Assembly (NCBI GenBank): GCA_944393735.1
Contig: CALYBE010000003.1
Coordinates: forward strand, 1 to 34,900
Length of the DNA: 34,900 nucleotides
DNA from: an uncultured Clostridia bacterium
GTDB taxonomy: Bacteria > Bacillota > Clostridia > TANB77 > CAG-508
Direction: 5' to 3'
Numbering within the stretch: position 1 is the stretch's first letter; each line of letters starts with the position of its first letter. A program made the position numbers and the translations under genes. The notes beneath the pieces were generated by a model. That model was not told where the DNA came from. It saw only the letters and a list, made by a program, of their open reading frames with translations, and did no database searches. This document shows, in pieces, positions 7,549 to 16,663 of the stretch.

Positions 7549-9786
7549 TTATTTTTCATTTCTAAGCATATTTAATGTGGCGTTAACATATTTATCTGAA
7601 AGTCCCATACTATTTACTTCTGCATAACTATTTGCAAGTGGCATCTCTACTAATGATACCTTTGCTCCTAAGTTTTGTCTTGCCCATGTTATTAAATATT
7701 GTGTTCCATATCTGCCATATCCTGTAGTTCTACAACTTGGATATTGTTCTTTATAGTATTTGCAAATTTCTTCATCACCTATTAGTTGGTCTTCCCAACC
7801 ATGTAAATCTACTAAAACTGTTTTTCCCGTTTGTGATTTATGGCTTAACAAGAAATCTCTTAATGCCTCTGCTTCATATGCTTGGAAACCTTCTGTTCCA
7901 TTATAGTTTCTTGCAGTAGAATATGTAATATATGTACTACCAGTTTGCCAACTTCTGTTTATATCTATTCCTCTTCCAACTTTACTGTATAATGTTGTTC
8001 TTCCTGGTCCATTTTTAGTTGTTCCCAATCTTCTACCATCAGGATTTACTTCTCTGAAAATATATATTGTCCAATTTTTTGTTAGTTCTCCATCTTGTTC
8101 AGCAACTAGTCTGTTGTAGAAATTATTTGCAATATCTACTAGAACTGTTCCATCTCTATCCCATGAATCTTCAAATCCATGTAAACAAAATGTTGCAAAA
8201 AATACATTTGGTCCATCTCCAAACCTTAAATATTCTAGGTCTGAGCCACCACTTACTCCATTTATTTTAGCTCCACTTTGTCCATATATTCCTTGTCCAT
8301 AAATTATTGGGTGTTGTAAGAAAATATATATTACTTGTTCCCCAACAATTTTTCCTTCTTCTGTTTCAACTCTTACAGCTATTTGATGTAATCCTAAACT
8401 AAATTTTGAAAAATCTACACTCATAGAAAATCCTGGTTGTGGATTTATTTCAGTTCCTCCATATCCTGTAATTGCATTTATTACATCTGGCCTATCATAT
8501 CTTGTTACTTCTTCATCTCTGTAAAATCCATCTATTAATATTCTTACTTTTGTATTTGGAATTGATGTCATTACCCATCCACCAATAGCATGTTTCTCAT
8601 CTGAAATTGATGTTCTATCATATATTGTTTCTATGTGTATTCTTGTTTTATATTCTAATATTTCTGATGTTACTTTTTCTAATACTTTTCCTTCTTCAGT
8701 TACCATTTGTATTGTAAGTGTATTATCTCCATCTTTGAATTCTGTTACTGGAATTTCAATTACGAAATTAGGTGTTGGGTTTTCTTCATATGTTCCATAT
8801 CCTTTTACTATTGAGATTAAATCATATATGTATTTATAAGTAATTTGTAAATCTTCAATTTTTCTATTTTCTATATATACTTCTAGTTTTGTGTTTGGCT
8901 CTGTTGCTAATTTCCAACCTTCGATTGTTATTCCTTCTGGTGTCCAAGATTGTTCTGACAATTGTGTGTCTATATTTAAGATGTGTTTTATACTTTTGTC
9001 TATTATTATGTTTCCTTCTACTTTATCCAATAAAACTCCATCTGAAGTTGTAAATTGAATTTCTATTTTATGCTTTCCATCACTTATTGTATCTGTTGGA
9101 ATTGTTATAGTAAAATTAGGTGTTGGGTTTTCTTTATAAGTTCCATATCCTTTTACTATTGAGATTAAGTCATATGCATAATACATATCTATTTTAGTGT
9201 CATGTGCTGTTTTTCCATCTATTTTTATCACTAATTTTGTATCTGGTTCTGTTGCCAATTTCCATCCATTAATTTGTATTCCTTTTTTGTCAAATACTTC
9301 ATTTTCTAATGGTGTATCAATATTTAATATGTGTTTTATGTTTCTAGATACTTTTATTTCTTTTTCTATTGATTGCAAAATTACCTTACTATCTGATGTT
9401 GTAAAATTAATTTTTAACTTATGTGTTCCAATATCTATATTATCAATTGGTATATTTATGTCAAAATTAGGTGCTGGATTTTCTTTATATGTTCCATACC
9501 CTTTTACTATTGATATCAAATCATATTTACGTGAATATGATATATAACTATTATCAACTTCTTCCTCATCTAGATAAACCTTTAATTTTGTATTAGCTTC
9601 TGTAGCTAATTTCCACCCTTCTATATGTATTTTTCCGTCTTCCTTAAAAAAAGTTTGATTCAAATCTGTGTCAATATACCATGTAGATAAAATGGTATTA
9701 TTCTGTACATTGTCATTAGCCCAGACCATTATTTGAGCTGCAAAAATTATTATTATCAACAATAATGGTATAACTATTTTTTTCAT
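7549..9786 (-). CDS. Secreted peptidoglycan peptidase: signal peptide, 4 tandem ~115-aa repeats, C-terminal M14-family zinc carboxypeptidase/gamma-D-Glu-DAP endopeptidase-like domain
   Basis: 745 aa. The C-terminal domain carries the M14 signature order HGFE (HxxE), REVNPDGR, DINRSW and VDLHGW. The N-terminus has a hydrophobic signal sequence. The repeats share the YDLISIVKGYGTY.ENP.PNF core. Confidence 0.8.
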   Translation of the reverse strand: MKKIVIPLLLIIIIFAAQIMVWANDNVQNNTILSTWYIDTDLNQTFFKEDGKIHIEGWKLATEANTKLKVYLDEEEVDNSYISYSRKYDLISIVKGYGTYKENPAPNFDINIPIDNIDIGTHKLKINFTTSDSKVILQSIEKEIKVSRNIKHILNIDTPLENEVFDKKGIQINGWKLATEPDTKLVIKIDGKTAHDTKIDMYYAYDLISIVKGYGTYKENPTPNFTITIPTDTISDGKHKIEIQFTTSDGVLLDKVEGNIIIDKSIKHILNIDTQLSEQSWTPEGITIEGWKLATEPNTKLEVYIENRKIEDLQITYKYIYDLISIVKGYGTYEENPTPNFVIEIPVTEFKDGDNTLTIQMVTEEGKVLEKVTSEILEYKTRIHIETIYDRTSISDEKHAIGGWVMTSIPNTKVRILIDGFYRDEEVTRYDRPDVINAITGYGGTEINPQPGFSMSVDFSKFSLGLHQIAVRVETEEGKIVGEQVIYIFLQHPIIYGQGIYGQSGAKINGVSGGSDLEYLRFGDGPNVFFATFCLHGFEDSWDRDGTVLVDIANNFYNRLVAEQDGELTKNWTIYIFREVNPDGRRLGTTKNGPGRTTLYSKVGRGIDINRSWQTGSTYITYSTARNYNGTEGFQAYEAEALRDFLLSHKSQTGKTVLVDLHGWEDQLIGDEEICKYYKEQYPSCRTTGYGRYGTQYLITWARQNLGAKVSLVEMPLANSYAEVNSMGLSDKYVNATLNMLRNEK
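8317..9690 (-). repeat. Coding tandem repeat array: three close copies and one divergent copy of a ~345-bp unit (approximate bounds)
   Basis: The conserved core gttccata(t/c)ccttttactattga recurs at 8792, 9140 and 9491, spaced 348 and 351 bp. A fourth, divergent unit lies around 8320-8650 (GGWVMTS...RPDVINAITGYGGTEINPQPGF). Confidence 0.85.
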
Positions 9787-9900
9787 ATGTCCTCCTTTTC
9801 AAGCAATTTAATTGCTTTTTATTTTAAAATTATCTTACATATATTAGACAATTTTAAATAGTAAAAAGTTTCACTCTTTAAAAATATTTTTTATTTGTTT

Positions 9901-12480
9901 TTAGTATCTTTTATAACAAATATTTATATCAACTGACGAAGGTACTCCACTAACATTACCTTCATCTGTATATTGCCATATCTCATAATCACTTGAAAAA
10001 TCAGTCACTATATTTTCATCATTTGTGTGATGTGCAACCCATATATCATAATTCGATAATTCTGAAAAGTTCAATTTTTCATTAAACCAATTTTTGCCTG
10101 CATAAACTGCTGGTGTAAAACCTTGATAATTTATAACATCGCAAAAAGCTCTACATATCATTGTTCGTGTATCTTTATCTAATAAGTCTGCTCTTCCTGG
10201 TAGGTAACCTTCTGCTCTTGCTCCTGTATCTTCTGAGTCTATTGCAACTGGATAATCTAATTGTATTCCATTTTGATGTAATTGACTTACTACCCATAAA
10301 GCCTCTTCTTGTGCTTCAGATAGATTTACAGCTTGTGAGAAAAAGTATACTCCTATTTTTAGTCCTGCAGCTTTTGCTTCTTTTAGATTGTAAAGTGCTT
10401 GTGTATCTAGCACCAAAACAGGATTTCTGTATCCTCTATATCCAATTCTAATCATTGCAAAATCTATTCCTGACTTGGCAACTTGCTTCCAGTCAACAAC
10501 ACCATTATGAGAACTAACATCTATTCCTTTATATCTATCACCATATATTGCTGTGAATTCTACACTTTCTAATACTGTAACTCCATCTGGTGCCATAAAT
10601 TGTATTTTCATGTTATGATTTTGTTTGCTTAAGTTAGCTGTAGGAATATTTATATTAAACATTGGTGTAGGGTTTTCTTCATATGTTCCATATCCTTTTA
10701 CTATTGATATTAAGTCATATGTAAGTGAATATGTTATATAATTATCATCTACCTTTTCTCCATCTAAATAAACTACTAAGTCTGCACCTTGTTCTGTTGC
10801 TAATTTCCAACCTGATATTTGTATATTTTTTATTTCATTAAATATTAAAGCATTAATGTTTGTATCTATATTTAATATGTGTTTAATGCTTTTATCTATT
10901 GTAATAACTTTTTCTACATCTTCTAAAATTGTTCCATCTTCTAATTGGAACTGCACTTTTATAGTGTGTTTTCCATTACTTAAGTCTGTGGTAGGAATAT
11001 TTATATCAAACATTGGAGCTGGATTTTCTTTATATGTTCCATATCCTTTTACTATAGAGATTAAGTCATATGTACGTGAATATTTTATATACTTATTATC
11101 TACTTTTTTATTGTCTATAAAAACAATTATTTCATTATTTGCTTCTGTTGCTAATCTCCATCCTGATATTTGTATTCCGTATTTATCAAATGTTGCGTTA
11201 TTTAAGTTTGTATCTATATTTAATACATGTTTTACTTTTTCTATATCAATAGTTTTTTCAACACTATCTAATACTGTTCCATCTGATAATACAAATTGTA
11301 TTTTTATTATATGTGTTCCATCTGTAATATCTTTTGTTGGAATATTTATGTCAAACATTGGAGCTGGATTTTCTGTATATGTTCCATAGCCTTTTACTAT
11401 TGAGATTAGGTCATATTTACGTGAATATTTTATATACTTGCTATCTACTTTTTGATTATCTATATAAACAACTATTTTATTATCAGCTTCTGTTGCTAAT
11501 CTCCAACCTGATATTTGTATACCTGTTTTACCAAATACAGCATTATCTAAGTTTGTATCTATGTTTAATACATGTTTTACACTTTTATCTATTGTAATGC
11601 TTTTTTCTACGCTTTGTAAAACTGTTCCATCATCTAATTGAATTTGTATTTTTATAGTGTGTTTCCCATTACTTAAGTTTGTTGTTGGAATGTTTATGTT
11701 AAACATTGGGCTTGGATTTTCTTTATATGTTCCATAGCCTTTTACTATAGAGATTAAGTCATATTTGTATGAATATGTTATATAGTTACTATCCATTTTT
11801 TTATTATCTATGTAAACTACTATTACGTTATTTGTCTCTGTTGCTAATCTCCAACCTTCTATATGTATTCCCGTTTTATTAAATACTGCATTATCAAGGT
11901 TTGTATCTATATTTAATACTGATTTTATACCTTTATCTACATAAATATTACCTTCTGATTTTTGCAAAACTGTTCCTTCTTGATTAACCAATTCTATTCT
12001 AACACTATGATTGCCTTGCTTTAAATCACTTATTGGTATATCTATGTCAAAATTTGGTGTTGGATTTTCTTTATATGTTCCATAGCCTTTTACAATTGAT
12101 ATTAAATCATATTTATATGAATATTTTATATAATCTTCATTAATTTCTTTATTATCTATGTATATCTGCAATTTTGTGTTTGCTTCTGTTGCTAATTTCC
12201 AACCTTCAATATGAATTGTTGTTTTAAAGCTTGTATTATTTAAATTTGTATCTATATTTAATATTGATTTTATTGGCTGTGCTGCCTTTAAATTTTGATT
12301 AATCAAATTACTTTCTACTTGATAAATTGAATCATTTTCATCTTGAACAATTGTATTGCTTTCTATTTCTTCAATTTCATTATTTATTGTTTCTTCTGTA
12401 GCAAAAGAAGTTGTTATTAAAATATTTAATAACAATCCTATTAATAAAAGTATTATGATTTTAGACTTTAAATTTTTCAT
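9901..12480 (-). CDS. Secreted GH25 muramidase (lysozyme): signal peptide, 5 tandem ~115-aa repeats, C-terminal GH25 catalytic domain
   Basis: 859 aa. The C-terminus GIDVSSHNGVVDWKQVAKSGIDFAMIRIGYRG...GVYFFSQA...IWQYTDEGNVSGV..VDIN is the GH25 (Cpl-1/LytC-type) pattern. A signal peptide ends ...TSFA/TEE. The repeats are the same family as in the adjacent M14 protein. Confidence 0.85.
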   Translation of the reverse strand: MKNLKSKIIILLLIGLLLNILITTSFATEETINNEIEEIESNTIVQDENDSIYQVESNLINQNLKAAQPIKSILNIDTNLNNTSFKTTIHIEGWKLATEANTKLQIYIDNKEINEDYIKYSYKYDLISIVKGYGTYKENPTPNFDIDIPISDLKQGNHSVRIELVNQEGTVLQKSEGNIYVDKGIKSVLNIDTNLDNAVFNKTGIHIEGWRLATETNNVIVVYIDNKKMDSNYITYSYKYDLISIVKGYGTYKENPSPMFNINIPTTNLSNGKHTIKIQIQLDDGTVLQSVEKSITIDKSVKHVLNIDTNLDNAVFGKTGIQISGWRLATEADNKIVVYIDNQKVDSKYIKYSRKYDLISIVKGYGTYTENPAPMFDINIPTKDITDGTHIIKIQFVLSDGTVLDSVEKTIDIEKVKHVLNIDTNLNNATFDKYGIQISGWRLATEANNEIIVFIDNKKVDNKYIKYSRTYDLISIVKGYGTYKENPAPMFDINIPTTDLSNGKHTIKVQFQLEDGTILEDVEKVITIDKSIKHILNIDTNINALIFNEIKNIQISGWKLATEQGADLVVYLDGEKVDDNYITYSLTYDLISIVKGYGTYEENPTPMFNINIPTANLSKQNHNMKIQFMAPDGVTVLESVEFTAIYGDRYKGIDVSSHNGVVDWKQVAKSGIDFAMIRIGYRGYRNPVLVLDTQALYNLKEAKAAGLKIGVYFFSQAVNLSEAQEEALWVVSQLHQNGIQLDYPVAIDSEDTGARAEGYLPGRADLLDKDTRTMICRAFCDVINYQGFTPAVYAGKNWFNEKLNFSELSNYDIWVAHHTNDENIVTDFSSDYEIWQYTDEGNVSGVPSSVDINICYKRY
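10561..12273 (-). repeat. Coding tandem repeat array: five copies of the ~345-351-bp unit (approximate bounds)
   Basis: The conserved core gttccata(t/g)ccttttac(t/a)at(t/a)ga recurs at 10685, 11036, 11381, 11729 and 12077, spaced 351, 345, 348 and 348 bp. Confidence 0.9.
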
Positions 12481-12513
12481 TACAATTTTCTCCTTAAATA
12501 ATATTTTACAAAT

Positions 12514-12542
12514 ATTTTATCTTATTTAAGTATATAAATCAA
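12514..12542 (-). promoter_or_regulatory. Putative sigma-A promoter for the muramidase/peptidase operon
   Basis: The minus strand reads TTGATT (12542-12537), a 17-nt spacer, then TAAAAT (12519-12514). This is about 30 nt upstream of the AAGGAG RBS and the ATG at 12480. Confidence 0.45.
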
Positions 12543-12604
12543 TAAAAATCCCAAAAATTCGGAAATATAATAATATTAATATTTTCTCATAAATTATTGT
12601 AGCA

Positions 12605-12696
12605 AAATAGTTATATATTAATATTTTGCAGGTCAAGACATGAATTGTTACACCATAGCTATGTTTTGTCCAAAAAATATTAATATATAACTATTT
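12605..12696. repeat. Palindromic intergenic element, copy 2 (23-bp perfect arms, 46-nt core in the opposite orientation)
   Basis: The arms at 12605-12627 and 12674-12696 are identical to copy 1. The core gcaggtcaagacatgaattgttacaccatagctatgttttgtccaa aligns to the reverse complement of the copy-1 core with a handful of mismatches and one indel. It does not align to the forward sequence. Confidence 0.9.
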
Positions 12697-12731
12697 GCAT
12701 CAATTTATCAAAAACTTTTTTGTTAAAATTT

Positions 12732-13967
12732 TTATTTTGCCACATTTTCAGGTTCGCTATTATTATATAATTTATAAATCAAAAATATAGTAAGTAAAAC
12801 AAACAAAGATATTGTAGTAATCATATTAGATAAAACAGCTCCCATCATTCCAAATTTATTTACACAAACATTTGAAACTACAAGTGCAATAACAGCAGTA
12901 ATAACATAAGATATAGTTGCCAATTTTTGTTCTCTAATTGTACTTAATGCATAAAGCATAACTGTTGAAGCAGCATAGAAAAATCCAGATACTACTAATA
13001 AAATCATTTCTAATTTGTAAGGAGATAAGTCAATTCCATAAATAAATGATAATATTGGAACACCTAAAAGCAAACAAGCTAAATCAATACACAATGTAGC
13101 ACCTGCTAAAATAGCTATAATCACTAATATAGATTTAATAAACTTTACTTTTTCTTTATTATTCCATAAGTCTCCAAAAGGTTTTAAAAATGGCTTTATA
13201 ACAAATGCACTTACCAAATTTATAACAAAAGTTGGCATATAAATAACATTAAAATATGTTTGCATTGTATAATCACCAAAATTATCTATTGCATATTTAG
13301 TTGCATTTATTATATATAAGCTTAAGCCTGTTGATATTGCTAGTGGAATGCATTCTTTTAATATTGTCTTTATATTACTTTTATTATAATAAAATTGTAC
13401 TTTTTCAAATTTTCTAAATATTCTTATATCCCATAAAATAAATAAAATCAAATTAGTAATTACCAAAGTTATACAAGATATTATTATATTTTTAGTAATC
13501 ATATCAGCCACAAAAAACATAAGTAATGAAGTTGATACTCTAATTACCATTGATTTTCCACCTAAATCCAGCCTGTTTCTTAACTGAAACTCTCCTTGAT
13601 ATGTTTCACTTAAGTCGTCTATTACTTTAAATAATATTAATGACACACATATCCATAATTTTTCTGAAGTATATCCAGTTGCAATTATAAATATAATTCC
13701 TATAATTGTCATTAATGTTACAACTACTGCTCTAGATAATAAATAATCTTCAAATCTATATTTTCTTTTTGTATCTGTTACTTGATATATTCTTATTCCA
13801 AAATCTCCAATAGCATTTAATATAGTTGCTGTTGCAAAGCTTATGGAAAACATTCCTGCAATTTCTGTGCCATTTAATCTTGTGCAAAACATTAATAATA
13901 CTGCATTTAATAATGACTCTACAAAACTGCCCAATGTATTCCATATTATTTCAGATTTTCTAATCAT
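12732..13967 (-). CDS. Wzx/MOP-family polysaccharide or lipid-linked sugar flippase (GacK-like position)
   Basis: 411 aa and about 12 TM helices. The N-terminus IIWNTLGSFVESLLNAVLLMFCTR is typical of polysaccharide-biosynthesis flippases. It is the last gene of the glycopolymer operon. Confidence 0.7.
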   Translation of the reverse strand: MIRKSEIIWNTLGSFVESLLNAVLLMFCTRLNGTEIAGMFSISFATATILNAIGDFGIRIYQVTDTKRKYRFEDYLLSRAVVVTLMTIIGIIFIIATGYTSEKLWICVSLILFKVIDDLSETYQGEFQLRNRLDLGGKSMVIRVSTSLLMFFVADMITKNIIISCITLVITNLILFILWDIRIFRKFEKVQFYYNKSNIKTILKECIPLAISTGLSLYIINATKYAIDNFGDYTMQTYFNVIYMPTFVINLVSAFVIKPFLKPFGDLWNNKEKVKFIKSILVIIAILAGATLCIDLACLLLGVPILSFIYGIDLSPYKLEMILLVVSGFFYAASTVMLYALSTIREQKLATISYVITAVIALVVSNVCVNKFGMMGAVLSNMITTISLFVLLTIFLIYKLYNNSEPENVAK

Positions 13968-13989
13968 AAATTTCTCCTTAGTTAATATA

Positions 13990-15123
13990 TTAGTTTTTGT
14001 ATTTTATAGTTTCATATATTTTTTTAGCCGTAACATCCCAAGAAAAGTTGTTTTTTACAACATTGTAAAGATTATTACCTAATTTACTTATCTCTTCTTT
14101 GTCATTAATTAGTTTTTCAATTTTTGCTGAAACATCTTCTGCTTCAAATCCGCAAATATATCCAATATCTTCATTTGAAATTATTTCGGTAGTTCCTCCC
14201 ATAGGAGTTGCAACAACAGCACATTTCATCATTCCAGCTTCTAATATAGTTGTTGGAAGTCCTTCTGAAAATGAAGAAGGGTTTACAAAGATATGGGTTT
14301 TTCCAAGTAATTTCATTACTTCTTCATGTGATATTTTTCCTAAAATATGTATGTTCTTTTCTTGTTTATTTTCTTCTATTATTTTGTCTAATATTGGCCC
14401 TTCTCCTGCTAAATTAAGCTCTATATTTTTATATTTTTTACTTAGATTCTTAAAGGCTTCAATCAGTTTTAATACACCTTTTTCTTCTATCATTCTACCT
14501 GTGTATGTTATAACAATTTTGTCTTTACTTTTATTTATGTATGCTTTAAATTGTTCTATTTCTGAAGTATCAACTGAATTGTAAAATACTCCTTTTGCTT
14601 CAATATTAAAATGTTTTAACCATTCTGTACATTTTTTAGAAACTCCATAAAAATCTTTAACATTTTTCTTTATTTTATTTGTTATTGCATGTTCATATAT
14701 TTCTCCAAATTTATCAAGTACTTTATTATTTACTGTAAAATGCGTACTTCCATGTTCTATTAGACATGATGGTATGTTATTTTTGGCAACAAACTTTGAA
14801 GCAAAATATGAGGTTGTCCAAAATCTAGTTTGTATTATTACAGAATCGATATTTTCTTTTTCTAACATTTGCATTATTTTTTTAAATTCTCTATTTTTCT
14901 TATTAATAGGATATCTTCCTGAAAATATTTTAAAAGTTGGCAATCTATATATTTTTGCCACATCTGTTTCTTCTATTTCTTTTAATTGTTTATCATATTG
15001 TGATGTTACTATTATTACTTTGTTTCCCATAAGTGTTAATCTCTTAGCTAAATTATAAGTATATCTTTCAACACCACCTAAATGTGGTAAATAATATCCT
15101 GAAAAAATTGCTATTGTTTTCAT
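13990..15123 (-). CDS. GT4 (GT-B fold) glycosyltransferase
   Basis: 377 aa. The N-terminus has GGVERY. The C-terminus has the EX7E region PSSFSEGLPTTILEAGMMKCAVVATPMGG. Confidence 0.85.
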   Translation of the reverse strand: MKTIAIFSGYYLPHLGGVERYTYNLAKRLTLMGNKVIIVTSQYDKQLKEIEETDVAKIYRLPTFKIFSGRYPINKKNREFKKIMQMLEKENIDSVIIQTRFWTTSYFASKFVAKNNIPSCLIEHGSTHFTVNNKVLDKFGEIYEHAITNKIKKNVKDFYGVSKKCTEWLKHFNIEAKGVFYNSVDTSEIEQFKAYINKSKDKIVITYTGRMIEEKGVLKLIEAFKNLSKKYKNIELNLAGEGPILDKIIEENKQEKNIHILGKISHEEVMKLLGKTHIFVNPSSFSEGLPTTILEAGMMKCAVVATPMGGTTEIISNEDIGYICGFEAEDVSAKIEKLINDKEEISKLGNNLYNVVKNNFSWDVTAKKIYETIKYKN

Positions 15124-15193
15124 TTTTTATTTCAATCCTTTCTAAAAACATAAAACCTAGTTGGAAAAGAATTAAATTTTTAAACATTTTATA

Positions 15194-16108
15194 TTATAAT
15201 CTTCCAAAAAGGAATAATACTCTACACATAACTTCATCAGTTATTTTTTGCCTAAATCTTTTTGTATAAAAGAATTTTTTTAATGATTTTATAAAACTAT
15301 ATTTTAATGAAAACATATTTATTATTTTTTTGTTTTCATTACTTAGTTCTTTATAAAATAGAATATTATATTTATTTATTTGTTCTCTTATGTTTTTAAA
15401 ATATTTGCCTAATAAAAATTTTTTTATTCTATATATTTGTAATTGTATATTAGTTTTTCCACTAGGACTAACATTGCTTCCTGTTCTCCTATATTCTACT
15501 GTAGCATCATTATCATATAAAACCTTTCCAATTCCTGCTGATATCATATAAGCCCACCAATCATGGAAGCATACTTTTTCTGTTCCAGAGTCAATTATCT
15601 TTTGAGCTAGTTTTTTATTAAAAACTTCTGATATTCCAAATGATATACATTCTACAAGTGAATTTTGAAAACTTGCTCCTTTTATATTTAAATTTGATTT
15701 ATTTAAAAAATTTAAATTTTCATCACAGTAATTAAACTCTGAAAAATATAGAATTGGTATGTCTTGTTTTTCTTTTTCTATTGCTTTTACTGCTTTTTCT
15801 ATTTTATTTTCATGCCACTTATCATCTTGATCACAATATGCAAAAATATCACCATTATTATATGCTTCTGTTAAACACTCGTAAAAGCTTTGAACAACAC
15901 CTACATTTTTACCTTTTATAAAATGTATTTTTCCTTGGTCTTCATATTCTTTTAATATTTTAGGTGTATTATCTTTTGAGCCATCATCTCTTACATAAAT
16001 CTCTATATTCTTGTATGTTTGGTTTAGTAAACTTTCCATTTGCTGACGTAAAAATTTTTCTCCATTATATGTTGACATACATATTATTACTTTTTTACTA
16101 TTTTCCAT
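15194..16108 (-). CDS. GT2 glycosyltransferase, RgpB-like subfamily (paralogue 4)
   Basis: 304 aa. MSTYNGEKFLRQQMESLLNQTY...VRDDGS.D...CDQDDKW is shared with the GT2 genes at 27332, 29369 and 19126. Confidence 0.85.
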   Translation of the reverse strand: MENSKKVIICMSTYNGEKFLRQQMESLLNQTYKNIEIYVRDDGSKDNTPKILKEYEDQGKIHFIKGKNVGVVQSFYECLTEAYNNGDIFAYCDQDDKWHENKIEKAVKAIEKEKQDIPILYFSEFNYCDENLNFLNKSNLNIKGASFQNSLVECISFGISEVFNKKLAQKIIDSGTEKVCFHDWWAYMISAGIGKVLYDNDATVEYRRTGSNVSPSGKTNIQLQIYRIKKFLLGKYFKNIREQINKYNILFYKELSNENKKIINMFSLKYSFIKSLKKFFYTKRFRQKITDEVMCRVLFLFGRL

Positions 16109-16255
16109 TTATAATATTATTCCTTCCTAAATTCACCATTCATAAAATGAACTATGGAATTATTGATATATCAATATTCTAATTTTCAATTTACAAATTG
16201 TTAATTTTAGCTAGATATCAAAGAAAGGAAAACATCGTCAAAATACTATGTTTTT

Positions 16256-16597
16256 TCAATCTTTCTTATCCTCATGTTCCTTCAATGCAATATAATGATC
16301 CAAATCTTTAATTTTCTCATTCAATGCTGTAATATGTATATTATCAATAAATGTTTGTATTAGTAAAAATGCTATAATAATAAAAAACACGAAATTAACT
16401 GGTGAAACAAACCCTAATAAGTTTGCAAACCAACCAACAACATTTGAAAATATACTCATCAATATTAAGAGTATACTGCCTAACATCCAAGTTACTGAAT
16501 TTTCTACTTTTAATTTTGATTGTTTTATTTTTGTTACACATAAAAAGAAAGCTACAAAAGAACCTATTATTAATATAACTCTTAATGTTACTGACAT
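16256..16597 (-). CDS. DUF2304-type small membrane protein (GacJ-like partner of a polyprenol-phosphate GT2)
   Basis: 113 aa with 3-4 TM helices and a charged C-terminal helix (LNEKIKDLDHYIALKEHE). It lies immediately downstream of a 229-aa GT2, the arrangement known for GacI/GacJ. Confidence 0.6.
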   Translation of the reverse strand: MSVTLRVILIIGSFVAFFLCVTKIKQSKLKVENSVTWMLGSILLILMSIFSNVVGWFANLLGFVSPVNFVFFIIIAFLLIQTFIDNIHITALNEKIKDLDHYIALKEHEDKKD

Positions 16598-16663
16598 ATT
16601 TAATCTCCTTATTATAAATTTACAATCAGTTTTATAAATTAAAATAAATGATTGTATTTTTTA

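Noticed and set aside
9801-9817. A perfect 7-bp hairpin aagcaat-tta-attgctt followed by a T-run on the plus strand, which looks like a terminator.
   Set aside because: It is terminator-like only on the plus strand, where no gene converges. On the coding (minus) strand it lacks a U-tract and sits 5 nt upstream of the RBS of the M14 gene. It is at most a 5-prime UTR stem and is too short to interpret.
8317-12273. Regularly spaced repeats that might suggest a CRISPR array or a diversity-generating retroelement target.
   Set aside because: The period is about 345-351 bp, in frame within two long ORFs, so these are protein domain repeats. There are no short spacer/repeat units, no cas genes, no reverse transcriptase and no template repeat in the window.
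13756-13944. A 62-aa minus-strand ORF in an alternative frame inside the flippase gene.
   Set aside because: It is fully nested in the 411-aa Wzx-like CDS, has odd Cys/Arg/Asn-rich composition, and shows no RBS or independent support.
16161-16176. A 16-bp perfect palindrome tattgatatatcaata in the only sizeable internal gap (147 nt) of the glycopolymer operon. It could be an operator for an internal promoter.
   Set aside because: It is composed almost entirely of A/T. A rough estimate gives an expectation of about one or more such palindromes by chance in 35 kb of this composition. No convincing -35/-10 pair lies next to it.
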